64,000 nucleotides of DNA from Gracilinanus agilis (Eukaryota), in the NCBI RefSeq assembly GCF_016433145.1, contig NC_058134.1, positions 310,151,774-310,215,773 on the forward strand, in the 5' to 3' direction. This document shows, in pieces, positions 52,012 through 64,000 of the stretch. A model generated the notes under the pieces. The model was not told where the DNA came from. It was given only the letters and a program-made list of their open reading frames with translations, and ran no database searches. The stretch's first letter is position 1; every line of letters starts with the position of its first letter. The position numbers and the translations under genes were made by a program.

Positions 52012-53381
52012 AGAATTCTAAAAAAAAAATTTTTTTAAGCTTTAGAAAAGAATAGATACATTTTGCAAGCCACACATTTTCTCTCCTGCCACTTCTCGCA
52101 CTCATCTACTTGAGCTAGTGTTCCTCACTGCTCTGCCCACTACTGCTGCTGTTGTTGCTGCCGCCCACTACAAGAGCCTGGTAGCGGTTTCTCCTCACCC
52201 TGCATGCTCTTGCCAAGTGCTACTCTGCTGTCGCCTCCCACTGCTATCTCCGAGTTGAGTCTCAGTGCAGGAGGTGATGTATATATTTCCCCAATCTGTG
52301 TGGCCAGTATTGCCTCACATTGCAACTATACCCCTCCCCACCCCCACCTGGGTCTCAAGCAGTAACTGTTTGACCTTACAGCTGATGCAGCTGGTACACC
52401 ACTGAGCAGCACTTTCCATGCTGACCACCCACACCCCCCTTTTTAGCTTCCAAGTTGATTTTTAAACTGACAGTTTTTTCTCCCCACGGTACTGGCTGAG
52501 AGCTACACCTGAGCAGTTAGCCCACATAGGGGGGAGGGCAGGTACCAAGTTGGTGAACCTGAAGCCAAAAAAATTTTTTTTGGGGGGGGGGAATAAGACT
52601 GATTTTTTTCTTCTCACCCCAAAACACCAAGAGAAGCCAGTTCTTCATATTCAAATACCCTATTGTTCTCCCTTGAAGTTTTGCCCCTAGAGAGGAAGGA
52701 ATTGGAGAATAACTTTTCCAAGCCCCTTACCTAACACCTGAAAGATTTTTTTCCCCTCTTCTAGTCAGGGTCCTTTTATTTTTCCTGTAAATGAATTCCA
52801 TTCAGCTTTTTTTTTCTCTTAAGAATAATGTTGTTACAAAGCATGCTTGAAATTCTGAAAAAACAGTTTGAATTGGTAGAGCTAACAAGTGCATATTAGC
52901 TTTGCTTAATTCTTTTACTGGCAGTTTTTATTTTCATTGGATATTTCCCATTTTATTTACTTCTCAAGAATATGCAGCAACAAGCTAGGCTGCTTGAAGT
53001 ACAGACCAAACTGGAATATTTTGACAAAGTTTTGAAAATTTTAAATACTCTCAACATGAAGAATGGAGATTCTGCTCAGTGCGTGTATCAGGAACTCCAG
53101 ATTTGTGACCAAAGAAACGCAAATGGATGATAAATACTGGGGAGGGGAAGGAACCTTAAAGAGATCTGGAAGTTTATTGATGTTAACTCTTTGAGTTTTG
53201 TTTCCCCTCCGTAATAGTGAAGAAATGTATTGGAAATGGAGAAAAGAACTTTTGAATTCAATGCCTGTATCCTGTCATTCTTATTGTATTTGCTGATTAT
53301 TTTAAAATTTAATTTTTTTCAAGTTCGTATATTAATCTAATCAAAATCTTTCTGTTACTCTGAATCATTTTAAGCTGTGTT

Positions 53382-54300
53382 TTGCCTATTAAATATATTG
53401 TTACATTATTTTTATTTGAACCTTTCCCCTATGACTGTACTAAAGAACATATCATTGTGAAAGTCCAAACACAACTTGCACAAATCCTTTTCAGTGACAA
53501 AACCATAACTCCTCATGTATGCTGGGTTTGTCACCAGATCCATCAAGGTTACATACATGTTGCTTTAACAGCCTTTTTGCCTTTGTTAATTATCACATAG
53601 ATGATGATGGATGAACTCCATCAAAACTGATTGCAACCTGTATAAAACCTTTGGAGAATTTAATAAATTTAATAATTTAATAATTTAAAATTTAATTTTA
53701 TAATTTAATGAGTTCAATTGATTTTAAGGGGTCTTCAGAAATGATTTTTAGATATCTAGGTAGCTTCTGAATGATAAAGAATGTTGAATTAAAGGTAGAG
53801 AACAAAATAGAAGTTTCTGCCACAAAAATTTTTATAAAGTATGAAGCCTAAGTAGCTTCTGTATGATATTTTAACTCTTCAGTTTAATCTACCACCACTA
53901 GAACAATCTAGATTCTTGGTGACATTTTAGACCCCAAAAGGTTTTCATTAGCAGTACAGAGATTTGTGTTTTTTTCTAGGTTCTTCTGCCAAATTTTGGA
54001 ATGATGGCAGTAATAAACTTTGTTAAAAATATCTTTGCTATGGCTGAAAGATTTGCTACATCTGTAGAACTTGTGACAAGTATCCATGAGTTCATAAGTT
54101 TTTTAAATATCACACAGCAAGTGGCTATATAGAGACTCATGTGAAACCTATATGATAGTGGGTTTGTTTGCTATTGTCATTAGCTGGGCTATTGTGAATT
54201 TTGTGAATTTTGGTACTTTTTTGCATTATCTGCTATACTACTGTTTTATAAAGCTGTTACTCTGTGAAAATCATTTGCACTCACATAGTGGTTCATGGCC
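53382..54300 (+). pseudogene. Degenerate retroviral env (SU CxxC and TM fusion/heptad/anchor remnants)
   Basis: CWVCHQ at 53520-53537; VLLPNFGMMAV...ITQQVAI*RL at 53980-54138; hydrophobic MIVGLFAIVISWAIV from 54152. Confidence 0.6.
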
Positions 54301-54368
54301 AAGTTAAAAAGAAAATGGATTTCATTTTGGGTAAGGAGCCTTTGTATTCTACCTCTCCTTGGCTGACT

Positions 54369-54370
<2 letters not shown>

Positions 54371-54408
<38 letters not shown>
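54371..54408. repeat. (GT)19 microsatellite
   Basis: Perfect dinucleotide run. Confidence 0.97.
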
Positions 54409-54411
<3 letters not shown>

Positions 54412-57272
54412 TGTCACTGATTATAAGTTATATATTTTTTAATTTTTAAAACTCTTTTATTATTGTTTTTCCTTGTATGTGTAATACAGTATTTGAGTTT
54501 TCTTTTTTCTCTCATTTTTTGAATTTGTTATCAATATTAAAACAACTTTTTTTAAATTTTACACTAGGGTAAGTTTAAAAACATCCCTTAACTCTAATGT
54601 CAATGCATACCCAAAAAGCTTTAGACTATAGAAATAATGCCATTCATTGTTTTGAAAAAATTATGGGACTTTGCTTAATGATTCAGTCTGATTCTAGAAG
54701 GGAAAACAAAAAGAGCCACTGCACAGTGCCATAGAAGCACAAAGCTAACCTGCATAGTGCCTATCGAGCACAAGGTCAAAGAGATGAACCAATCCCAGTG
54801 GGATTGATGAAATTTTGAACTAAGAGGATTTGGAACTCGTTTGGGGTTCGAGGTTGGAGGTTGCAGCCGTTTTGACATATGTCAGAGTTAGGTCTTCCCT
54901 GAGCCACATTCTTCCAAGCACCTCACTTTGGCTGCCATCCTGGCTCCAGTAACCTTTAGAGAAAAGGTAAAAATCAGACCAGGAAATGCTATTTCCCATT
55001 TGCTGTTAAAATCAAGTCCCTTTTCTGTCTTTCACAGTGTGGCAAACTTTCTGTAGTCCTGGCTACTGATTGGGTAAGTGCATAATTACATAAATCACTT
55101 TAATTGGGTCCTGATTCAAGACCTGTTATAGGTTTATTTTTCCTTTACTTAGATTTTTGAGACATAAGACTTTGATATTTTATATTTCATCCACATTATT
55201 TTTTCTCTTTTATTTGGATTTTTTGATATTTTTAATTTCTTTTGTCAATTGATTCACATACCTCATAACTTAGCCATTCATCCCTGAGTTATCCCTGTGT
55301 TTGTCACCAAATATATTATTATCCTATAATCCAAAGTTTAAATTCTTTTGAGAGTAATTTTAGGATAAGAAACTTGCTACCTCCCTGAATCCAGAAGGCT
55401 AACTTTTTGGAGAAGGTGCCACAAAGATACCTGCAGAGACCACACGCTACACTAAAAAATCCAGAGTGAGCTTTGAGATATGGTGAATTTGAACAATGCG
55501 GGGTTGGAATGCATTTATTTTGAATGTATACTCTTATGCCAAAGGGGACTGCTCCTTAATTGGCTTTTTGTCAATGTAACAATCATTGGTTTTGTTTTTT
55601 TCCTCTTTTATTTCCCTTTTATAACCCAAATTATTGTAATTTCCTTTTAGAAACTGCAATATTGTATATATCTTTAGTTAAAAATCTTTAAAGTTTTAAG
55701 TTGATTATGTTTAAAATGATCTCAATGGGGAGGCTGGTTTCCCAAAAGGATCATGGGGGGATTGTATTTAGAAAATTTTGAACCCTTGGACTTCAGCTCC
55801 CAGAATCCTTTTCCTTTCATCCATGTAGTGTTCCTTACGTAATGTTTATAAGTTTGCTATAAGCCTGCCCTTTCTCTCTCTTCTCTCGTGACCAAGGCTG
55901 GGTTAGCACCCTTTTTTACTCTAGCTTTTTATTTCAGTTATTATTAATAAATCTTATTAAATATAATACTTGAAGTATTTGGGTATTAATTTTTAATCTT
56001 ACAGCCTCCTTTTTGTACTTTTCCCTCTGCCTGGAATTCTGCTTACCCATCATCTCCATAATAGTTCCCCTGACCTTGTCTACATGGGAACTGTTTTAAG
56101 AAACTTTCTGTAAAAAAAAGGACACCTGGATTTTAGCAACCCACTGTGTGGAGAAGGGAGACATAATGAAAAGGACCAAGTTCACAGCTTATTGGCATCA
56201 GATGTACCTTCTCTTATTGCTTTTAGCTCATGAACTAAGAGCAGGAATTTGATGGAGGTGGAGGAACACCAGCTGCCCAAGTGTTCCCACTGGAGAGTTC
56301 AGACCAAATAGATGGACCACAGCTGAATGGAACTTAGGGGAGGAAGATGGGACGGAATCTAGCCTCTGAAGGTCATGTGGCCTATGAAGAGAAGAGAAGC
56401 GATAGACAGTAGTCTAGGGCAAATGGGTGTAAAAGGCAACTTTACCAATGAGGCCATGGTTAGTCATTATAATCTCAAAATCAAATGTGCTTTGGTTAAA
56501 ATGGCCAGGACCAAAAGGAAGGAAGGCAGGCTCAAAGACAAGAAGACATTTGAGGTATCCCAATGACCACCATGGTCAAGCAGCAGGCACTTCCCAACTT
56601 GGGAAAAGCCTTGAAGGCCAAAATGGGAATAGGGTTTCATTCATCTAAGAAGACAAGTCAACCACACAGACACTAGGCCAGTCTAGCGTGAAGAGGGGTG
56701 GTCATAAACTCTCTGAGGACCAAAAATCCAAGGAAAAGATGTCCACTGAGGAATAGAGCAGATTCTAGATGGCTCTTCCCATGGACCTCATTTTGCTCAC
56801 CCAAAAAAGGTGATAGAAATACCTGAGCTTGAACAATGAATATACTTCATAGCAGTCAAGAGTAAGGCATTTGAGAACCATGAGTTGTTATCATTATGAG
56901 AAAGAATGTAGCATTGATTATGAATTCCTTGAGGTAGCGAGGTTTAGTGGATGGAGCCCAGGACTTGTTATCCAGAAAACCTAGGATGATTCTAGGCAAG
57001 CCTAGAATCTATGTCTATGGCTCAGTTTCTTCTTATTTAAAATGAAGCAGGTGGCTTCAATGATCTCTAAAATAGATGATGCTGAGAATGGTTTCATTTG
57101 CTTGATTTTAATGTCTCATTGTAATAAGCACTGTGTAAGATTAAAAATTAATATTCAATACTCCAAGTATTATATTTTTATAAGATTTACTAATAATAAC
57201 TTGAAGTTGAGGAAAGTGATAGCCTTAGTAAAGAGCAGTTTCCTAGCTGCGCACTCCAGGGGCAGGGGCAGG

Positions 57273-57349
<77 letters not shown>
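57273..57349. repeat. Compound (GA)n(GACA)n(GA)n microsatellite
   Basis: Seen directly. Confidence 0.95.
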
Positions 57350-57353
<4 letters not shown>

Positions 57354-57740
57354 CAGAGATACACAAAACTTTATTGATACAACATAAGCACTTAACATGG
57401 GGACGAAGGGAAAGAGATTCTGGGAGGTGAAGTCCAAGGGTACAAAATTCTATTTATACAACTGTCATATCCACATGCCAGTCTTCCCAAGTAAAGCTCT
57501 ATTGAAATAGAGTCAAGAGAGCCATATGTAATCTGCAAATGGGAGAAGACAAGCCTCCAGGCAAGCAAAAAAACACATTAGCTTGCATATACTAGAGGAG
57601 ACTATTGAGAAGTTATGGGGCAAGTGGATTAAAGCTCTTGAAGGCCAGGTCAGGTGAAGTCAAGCTGAGGATTATGGGCCAGGAGGGACCACAGGGCTTT
57701 TTTTTCTCTTAGGATAGATTTCATTAAGAGTTCACCTCTT

Positions 57741-59305
57741 GGTAGAATGGGAAAACAACTATGAGATTAGGGAGAGATTAGGTTTAGATCAACATCTCAC
57801 AACCTACACCAGTGGTTCCCAAACTTTTTTGGCCTACCGCCCCTTTTCCAGAAAAAATATTACTTAGCCCCCTGGAAATTAATTTTTAAAAAATTTTAAT
57901 AGCAATTAATAGGAAAGATAAATGCACCTGTGGCCATCACCGCCCCCTTGGATTGCTGCAACACCCACCGGGGGCAGTAGCACCCACTTTGGGAATCACT
58001 GACCTACACCAAGATAAATTCAGAATGAGTGAATGACTTGAATATAAAGAAGGAAACTAAGTAAATTAAGTGAACACAGAATAGTATACTTGTCAGATCT
58101 ATGGGAAAGGGAAAATTTTAAAACCAAGTAAGAGTTACAAAAAATTACAAAATGTAAAATAAATAATTTTGATTATATTAAATTAAAAAGTTTTTGTACA
58201 AACAAAAACAATGCAACCAAAATCAGAAGGGAAACAACAAACTGGAAAAAATCTTTATAACAAAAAACTCTGACAAGAGTCTAATTACTCAAATATACAA
58301 ATATAAAAAAAATATACAAATATACAAATATAAAAAAATCAAGCCATTTCTCAATTGATAAATGGGCAAGGGACATGAATAGGCAATTTTCAGATAAAGA
58401 AATCAAAAGTATCAATAAGCACATGAGAAAGTGTTCTAAAGCTCTAATAATTAGAGAAATGCAAATCAAAACAACTCTGAGGTACCACCTCACACCTAGC
58501 AGATTGGCTAAAATGATAGCAGGTGAAAGTAGTAAATGCTGGAGGGGATGTGGCAAAATTGAGACATTAATGCATTGCTGGTGGTTGTAACTGATCCAAC
58601 CATTCTGGATGGCAATTTGGAACTATGCCCAAAGAGCTCTAAAAGACTGCCTGCCCTTCGATCCAAACATACCATTGCTGGGTTTGTACCCCACAGATAA
58701 ACAGACTTGTACAAAATTATTTATAGCCACACTTTTTGTGGTGGCAAAAAACTGGAAAACGAGGGAATGCCCTCTAATTGGGGAATGGCTGAACAAATTG
58801 TGGTATATGCTGGTACTATTGTGCTCAAAGGAATAATAAACTGGAGGAATTCCATGTGAACTGGAATGATCTCCAGGAACTGATGCAGAGCGATAGGAGC
58901 AGAGCCAGAAGAACATTGTACACAGAGTCTGATACACTGTGGTAAAATCGAATGGAATGGATTTCTGTACTAGCAGCAGTGCAATGATCCAGGACAATTC
59001 TGAGGGACTTATGGAAAAGAATGCTACCCACATTCAGAGGAAGAACTGCAGGAGTGGAAACACAGAAGAAAAACAACTACTTGAACACATGGGTTGATGC
59101 AGACATGATTAGGGATATAGACTCAAAATGACGACACCCAAGCAACTATCAATAATATGCAAATAAGTCTTGATTGATGACACATGTTAAAACCAGTGGA
59201 AATGTGTGTCAGCTATGGGGGCGGGGTGAAGGGGAAAGTAAAACCATGAATCATGTAACCATGGAAAAGTTTTCTAAAAAATAAAATATTAAAAAAAATA
59301 AAAAA
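57741..59305 (+). mobile_element. 5'-truncated L1 carrying a nested MITE
   Basis: ORF2 C-terminus, 3' UTR and A-tail; 15-bp TSD AAGAGTTCACCTCTT at 57726-57740 and 59306-59320. Confidence 0.95.
57810..58001. mobile_element. hAT MITE, family A, inserted in L1
   Basis: TIRs CAGTGGTTCCCAAA / TTTGGGAATCACTG; perfect TSD ACCTACAC duplicates L1 sequence. Confidence 0.96.
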
Positions 59306-59324
59306 AAGAGTTCACCTCTTTAAC

Positions 59325-59522
59325 AGGGCAGCTAGGTGGCTCAGTGGATAGATAGCCAGATCTGGAGACTGGAGGTCCTGGGGTCACATCTGGCCTTGGA
59401 CCCTTCCAAGCTAGGTGACCCTGGGCAAGCCACTTAACCTTCATGCCCAGCTCTTCCCATTTTTTTGCTCTGGAACCTATATTTAGTATTGATTCTAAGA
59501 CAGAAGGAAGGGGCATCAAAAA
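59325..59522 (+). mobile_element. Marsupial core SINE (diverged)
   Basis: GGGCAGCTAGGTGGCTCAGTGG head to GAAGGGG..AAAA tail. Confidence 0.85.
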
Positions 59523-60099
59523 AGAGTTCATCAAGAACATATATTTCTATATGGCTGATCATGTTTGACTTTTCTCACAGGAAATGGACAGCTATGTGAG
59601 AGATAAGGCAATAAATATTACATATCATGTCTGACCCTCACGGAAAAAAAAAAAAGTTCACTTAGAGATCTTAGGATCCAGACTACTTTCTTACTGGAAA
59701 GCTAAAAAATGGCACTTTTCTCCCTGCGTGTACCACCTGATAATTATGTCTGGCTCAAAAGGATGGACTTTGCCACGGCAGAGACATGGAAGACTTTGTA
59801 CCATCAAGTAAAAGGCTCCAAACTGAGTTGTGACACAGTGTTCTGAATTCCCATGGTGGGAAGGGAGTCCAGGCCTTGTTCTAACTCTCTTGGGTTGTTC
59901 TCATTTTTTTTTTGCTTCTTATCCCTATTTGCTTTCTGGTCATTTCATTGCTCTTTTCTATCCTGTGGCCTAGAGAGAGCCACCAATTTGTCCCACAAGA
60001 GTCACCTTGGAGAATATGGCTATGTGGAAGCCTCTGGGCTCTCTGTGAATTTCACCCATCCTTGCTCTACCTCCAACTGTCATTGTCAACAGAACTGAC

Positions 60100-60450
60100 C
60101 ACCCTCAACTGGAAAGCATTGATCAAGCCCATAATATGTTTGGCCAATGGCCTAAACGCTGGGGCTAGAAAGAAAGAAAACAGTCCCTGCTTGTCCTTTA
60201 GGAGTTTATCATCTAACAGGAAACAATGAGCAGACACATGACAATGTACAAATAAGATAGAGACCTCAGGAAGAAGGTGCTGGCATCCAAGGGGAAAAGG
60301 AGAGCTTCTTACAGAAGAGGAGATGATAGCTGAGACCTGAAGGAAAGCCAAGGAAGTTGGGATGCAGAGCCCAGGAAGGAGAGATTCCAGACACAGGAGA
60401 AAGCCAGTGAAAAGGCATGGGGTCAGAAGATGGGTGAAACAAATTCAAAG
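60100..60450 (-). mobile_element. Ancient L2 relic
   Basis: Purine-rich decayed L2-like text (AAACAGTCCCTGC...GGAAAGCCAAGGAAG). Confidence 0.5.
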
Positions 60451-60575
60451 GAGGATTGGTTATTCATTCAAACAGCCTTACATTTACATTAGGCACATAT
60501 ATATGTGTGGAAAAGATCAAACAGGAGAGGTGGAAAGGGCCATAAGAATCAACCACTCCAAACCTTATCTTTTAC

Positions 60576-60576
<1 letters not shown>

Positions 60577-60611
<35 letters not shown>

Positions 60612-60725
60612 TTGTTTGTTTTAAACCCTTACCTTCAGTCTTGGAGTCAATACTGTGTATTGGCTCCAAGGCAGAAGAGTGGTCAGGGTAGGCCATGGGG
60701 ATCAAGTGACTTGCCCAGGGTCACA
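60577..60725 (-). mobile_element. SINE 3' half with an expanded (TATC)n tail
   Basis: (TATC)n at 60577-60610 followed by antisense SINE core. Confidence 0.85.
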
Positions 60726-63139
60726 GAGCTGCAAGCCTTATTTTTTATGAGGAAACTGAGGCTTAGACCAAGTGGCCTACCCAGGCTCACAAAGCTAATT
60801 AGTGGCAGGGCAGGGACCATCTCAAATCTTCTAGCATAGAGCAGTATTTGAGAAGAAGCAAAGAAAGTAAGTAAAGCAGAAGTAAAGCTAGCTGCTATGG
60901 TGCGAAGGTATTAGTTATCAGCTGCCCACTAACCATTTAAAGAAACATGATCACACTGAAGTTCAGGTAATCACAAGGCAAAGGACCCCTTTTTTCATTT
61001 ACAGAAAAAAAGGAGGAAAAAAGGCTAAGGCAAAAAACGTGCACCTTAGGGGTTAATTTGGCAATTTTGACACTCTGGACAGTGGCCTACAAGTCCCAAT
61101 GGCATTCTTGGATGAATTCCAGCTGATAAGCCTGGAGCTGGGCAGGCATTCTCACACCTTATCAAATCATAAATGGGCTCTAAAGTGGAAAGAAACAAAA
61201 GTCAGGATTGTACTCAACACGGGGAAGCAGGCAGGAGCAACCAGGTGATTAAGGCTATTAACTTGTTGTTTAACCAACTGGAGTGCTTTATTTGGGAATA
61301 AATGCTCCCCCTGCCAACACTCCGTGTTGCCAGAAGGCACCCCCAGTCTAGTCTAGGGAGGAGAGCTTCCCTGCACATCCGAGGGGGCTGAAGCCAGCTG
61401 GGAGGCTTCTTTTTCTAGGAACTTCTCCCACAGCCCCACTCAAGAGAACAAGAAAAGAATTTCTCCCGATTTCCCCAGAAGGAACGACTATGGAGAGGAG
61501 ATAAGTTTTACAGAAGTTTGAAAACAGACTCCAAGGACGAAGCCATTCTGAACAGCTGCTTCCTGATAGTGTGTCCTGAAGCACATCAGGCCAAGAGTTT
61601 GACAGAACCTGTCCTGAGCTTGGACCAGGGACGTGGCGCAGGACTTCACAAGGTACGCTGTAGTTCAATACGGGGTGATTCTAAAAACATTTCCTCTCAT
61701 CAGCTTGCATCTTCAAAGTCCTGCTGTATCTCACTTCTAGAAGCAGTGTTCCACGAGGCTTACTTTAGTACAAAACTGCCAGAGGGGAGAGAGGGGAACA
61801 GAAAATCCAACAAGGTTTCTTTTCCCAAGAAAACCCTGAGCCGTTGGAAAATGTAACAAGTGAACATGTAACACATTCTCCAAAGTCAGACGGTATGTGG
61901 CCCACTGTTCTTTTTCTCAGTATTACTGTTCATTTTTAAGAAAATCGTCTTGACAAATATAATTCCTTTTGTCACCTGAAACTTAAGGAGGGGACAACTT
62001 CTCAGGGAAATCGGGTAGGAAAAAAAGGGCGGTACCCTTGCTAGCTAGCTCTACGGCCCCGTCTGCCTGGTCCTTGCCTATCTGTCTCAGAGTTGTTACT
62101 CAGACAGAAAATAAGGGTTTAAAAGAAAAAGAGGCAACTGCATTTGCTGCCTGCCGGGGAGGATGACAAGTTTGGAACTGGCCATTTAAAGGAGGGAGAA
62201 GAGCAGTATGGAGGCGCTACTGGGGAGCCCTTCTCATTTTACAGACAAAGAAATTGAGGTTAAGTCCAGATGTTTTAACTGTCTGAGCCTGGCCATGGCT
62301 CCTCTCACCTCCAAAGCGCCCCCTGGCGGCCCAGGGGTTTTACTACATTTTCCCCCCTTTTGGCAACTGGCAGCCTAAGGCTTTTTCAAGGAACAAAGAC
62401 TTTATTGTTGATCTTTGAGGGTCTCTGAAGGGAACTGATGTCAAAATCCTGAACCTGATTCTTGTGAGCCCTCCCTTCTAGGAGCCTTGGTCTACAGAAA
62501 GAGAGCTGAAGGGGATTCTGCCATTCTAGTCCCCCAGTTTCCCCCAATGACTGGCAAAAGTGAAGTCTCTCCAATTTCCTCCGCCACAAACCAGCCACCA
62601 GCGACTTCCTGAGTTCAGCCATGGCCTCATGCAGAATCCGATTCGGAAGCCTGGGGAAAGGTGTGAACACTTCTCAGTAAGTCCCCAGCTTTAAGCAGCT
62701 GGAGTTTAAAGGGAACTTAGCTGGATCTCCTGCCTTCTCTCCCCAGCCCTGAGTATGGGAGAAGGTGTATGCTGATCCCTGGGTAGATAAACTTGAGAAT
62801 TGAATCCCTGAAGGCCTCGGGTGCTCCTTGTTTCCAATAATTCTTAGGCCCAATTTGATGCCATTTGCAGAAAGTGGAATCTGTCAGAGCTAATGGCTCT
62901 GGGATCTTCTCCTGGGTGCCCCCAGCCCCTTCTACTGTACTTTCCCAGGAGCAGTTCAAGAGTCCTGAGGCTTGAGGTGTGGGAGGCCCGCCCAAGGGGG
63001 CCGACATGCAGCCAGGCACCCATCATCCACGGGGAGCTGGGTCAGCCCTGGGGCACCCACGGCACCTCCAAAGTGAGCTATGGTGTATGTGATTTTCAGA
63101 TTTACCAACACAAATACAATACAGTCGCGTATGGCAGCC

Positions 63140-63540
63140 AGTCAGTCAGTTATTTATTATGCAACTCTGGACTAAGCACTGTGGAAACAGAGAATGCGCA
63201 GAAGATGTCCCATTCTCAAGAAGCTTATAGTCTAAAGGGTGACAACATGCAGATGATATATACAGAATACACTGGGGGAAAAATCAAGCAAGGGAAGGAG
63301 TTAGGATTAAGGGGAATCAGGAGATGAAGGAAGCTGGAGAAGTCAGGCGGGAGGGCCAGCCATGAGAGCCAGCCAAAGAACATGCTCAGAGAAGAGCAAG
63401 GAGGCCGGTGTCCTTGGATCCAAGAGTTCGGGGCTAGAATGGAAGGGTGGGAGGGGGCTGCCAGCTCATGCAGGGCTTTACAAGTTACACAGAAGAGATG
63501 ATTTATGGAGGCAACAGGGAGCCACTAGAGTTGATAACAG
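63140..63540 (-). mobile_element. Ancient L2 relic
   Basis: CAGTCAGTCAGTTATTTATT...GTCCCATTCTCAAGAAGCTTATAGTCTA, an L2 3'-end-like pattern. Confidence 0.55.
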
Positions 63541-64000
63541 GGAACCCTTGCTAGGTATATAGGTTATTCCTTTAATACCATCCCAAACCCAGGCCACAGT
63601 TTCTAGGTCCAGACGAAGAAGGTGACTTTAGATCTGTAAAGGACACTAAAAATATTTGCTACACTCTGAATTTTTCCTAAAATCCATCCCCGACAACGGA
63701 TCCAAAGTTTCTAGAAATTGTACTTCTTTGAGGTGAGAGAGGGAAAACAAATCCCCAGCAAAGAAGGTCAGAGGAGTTAGGCTGGGGATTTGGGCTTCTG
63801 GAATGCCCTCAGCCTGATGACTTTGCCAGGCTCCAAAATACAGTTCTCTGGTGCTCTGAGCTGGCTGGTGTTCTCAAAGATTCACCTGACAGTACATGCT
63901 TCCTTCTGGCAGGGGGTGGCATCAGGCCAGGTACCTGATGCCCCTCAGCGGAGCCCATGGATTCTCCAGAAGCATGTAACTCACACACTGACAATAGGAT

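Larger units (their letters stand above)
51814..56003 (+). mobile_element. Defective ERV1-like provirus (LTR-internal-LTR) with an env relic
   Basis: Paired TG..CA LTRs at 51814/51816-51990 and 55763-56003. PBS TGGCGACCACAAAGGAAT at 51994-52011, purine-rich tract before the 3' LTR, 4-bp TSD GCCT. CWVC motif and TM-like peptide inside. Confidence 0.9.

Noticed and set aside
56220-56920. Purine-rich unique stretch that could be a processed pseudogene or an ancient LINE
   Set aside because: All frames are interrupted, and I found no motif matching RTE, CR1, L2 or a host protein
50641-64000. XPNPEP3 exons 1-2 and a DNAJB7-like nested retrogene expected from human synteny
   Set aside because: No RYLGQPSP/PHLLRP-like peptide or J-domain HPD motif found; they presumably lie beyond the window or are absent

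Overview
Vertebrate genomic DNA, most likely a didelphid marsupial (opossum-like). This is inferred from the SINE and L1 families present. Two intact genes lie head-to-tail on the minus strand in the same order as human 22q13.2. XPNPEP3 coding exons 3-10 span 50640-32530; exons 1-2 were not found and probably lie beyond the right edge. RBX1 is complete: 5 coding exons, 21190-7922, 108 aa, with a CpG-island promoter. All 13 exons have GT-AG boundaries and the reading frames join correctly. The rest is a dense record of mobile elements: five L1 insertions/fragments plus an old L1 5' end, about 20 core-SINEs, six hAT MITEs from three families, a solo LTR, L2 relics, and a 4.2 kb ERV1-like provirus with an Arg PBS and an env relic. 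The most notable unexplained signal is an in-frame three-exon ORF next to an RFX X-box downstream of RBX1 (3256-1958, minus strand). There are also candidate stop-containing or terminal exons in the XPNPEP3 5' intron. Everything was read by eye and no searches were run.
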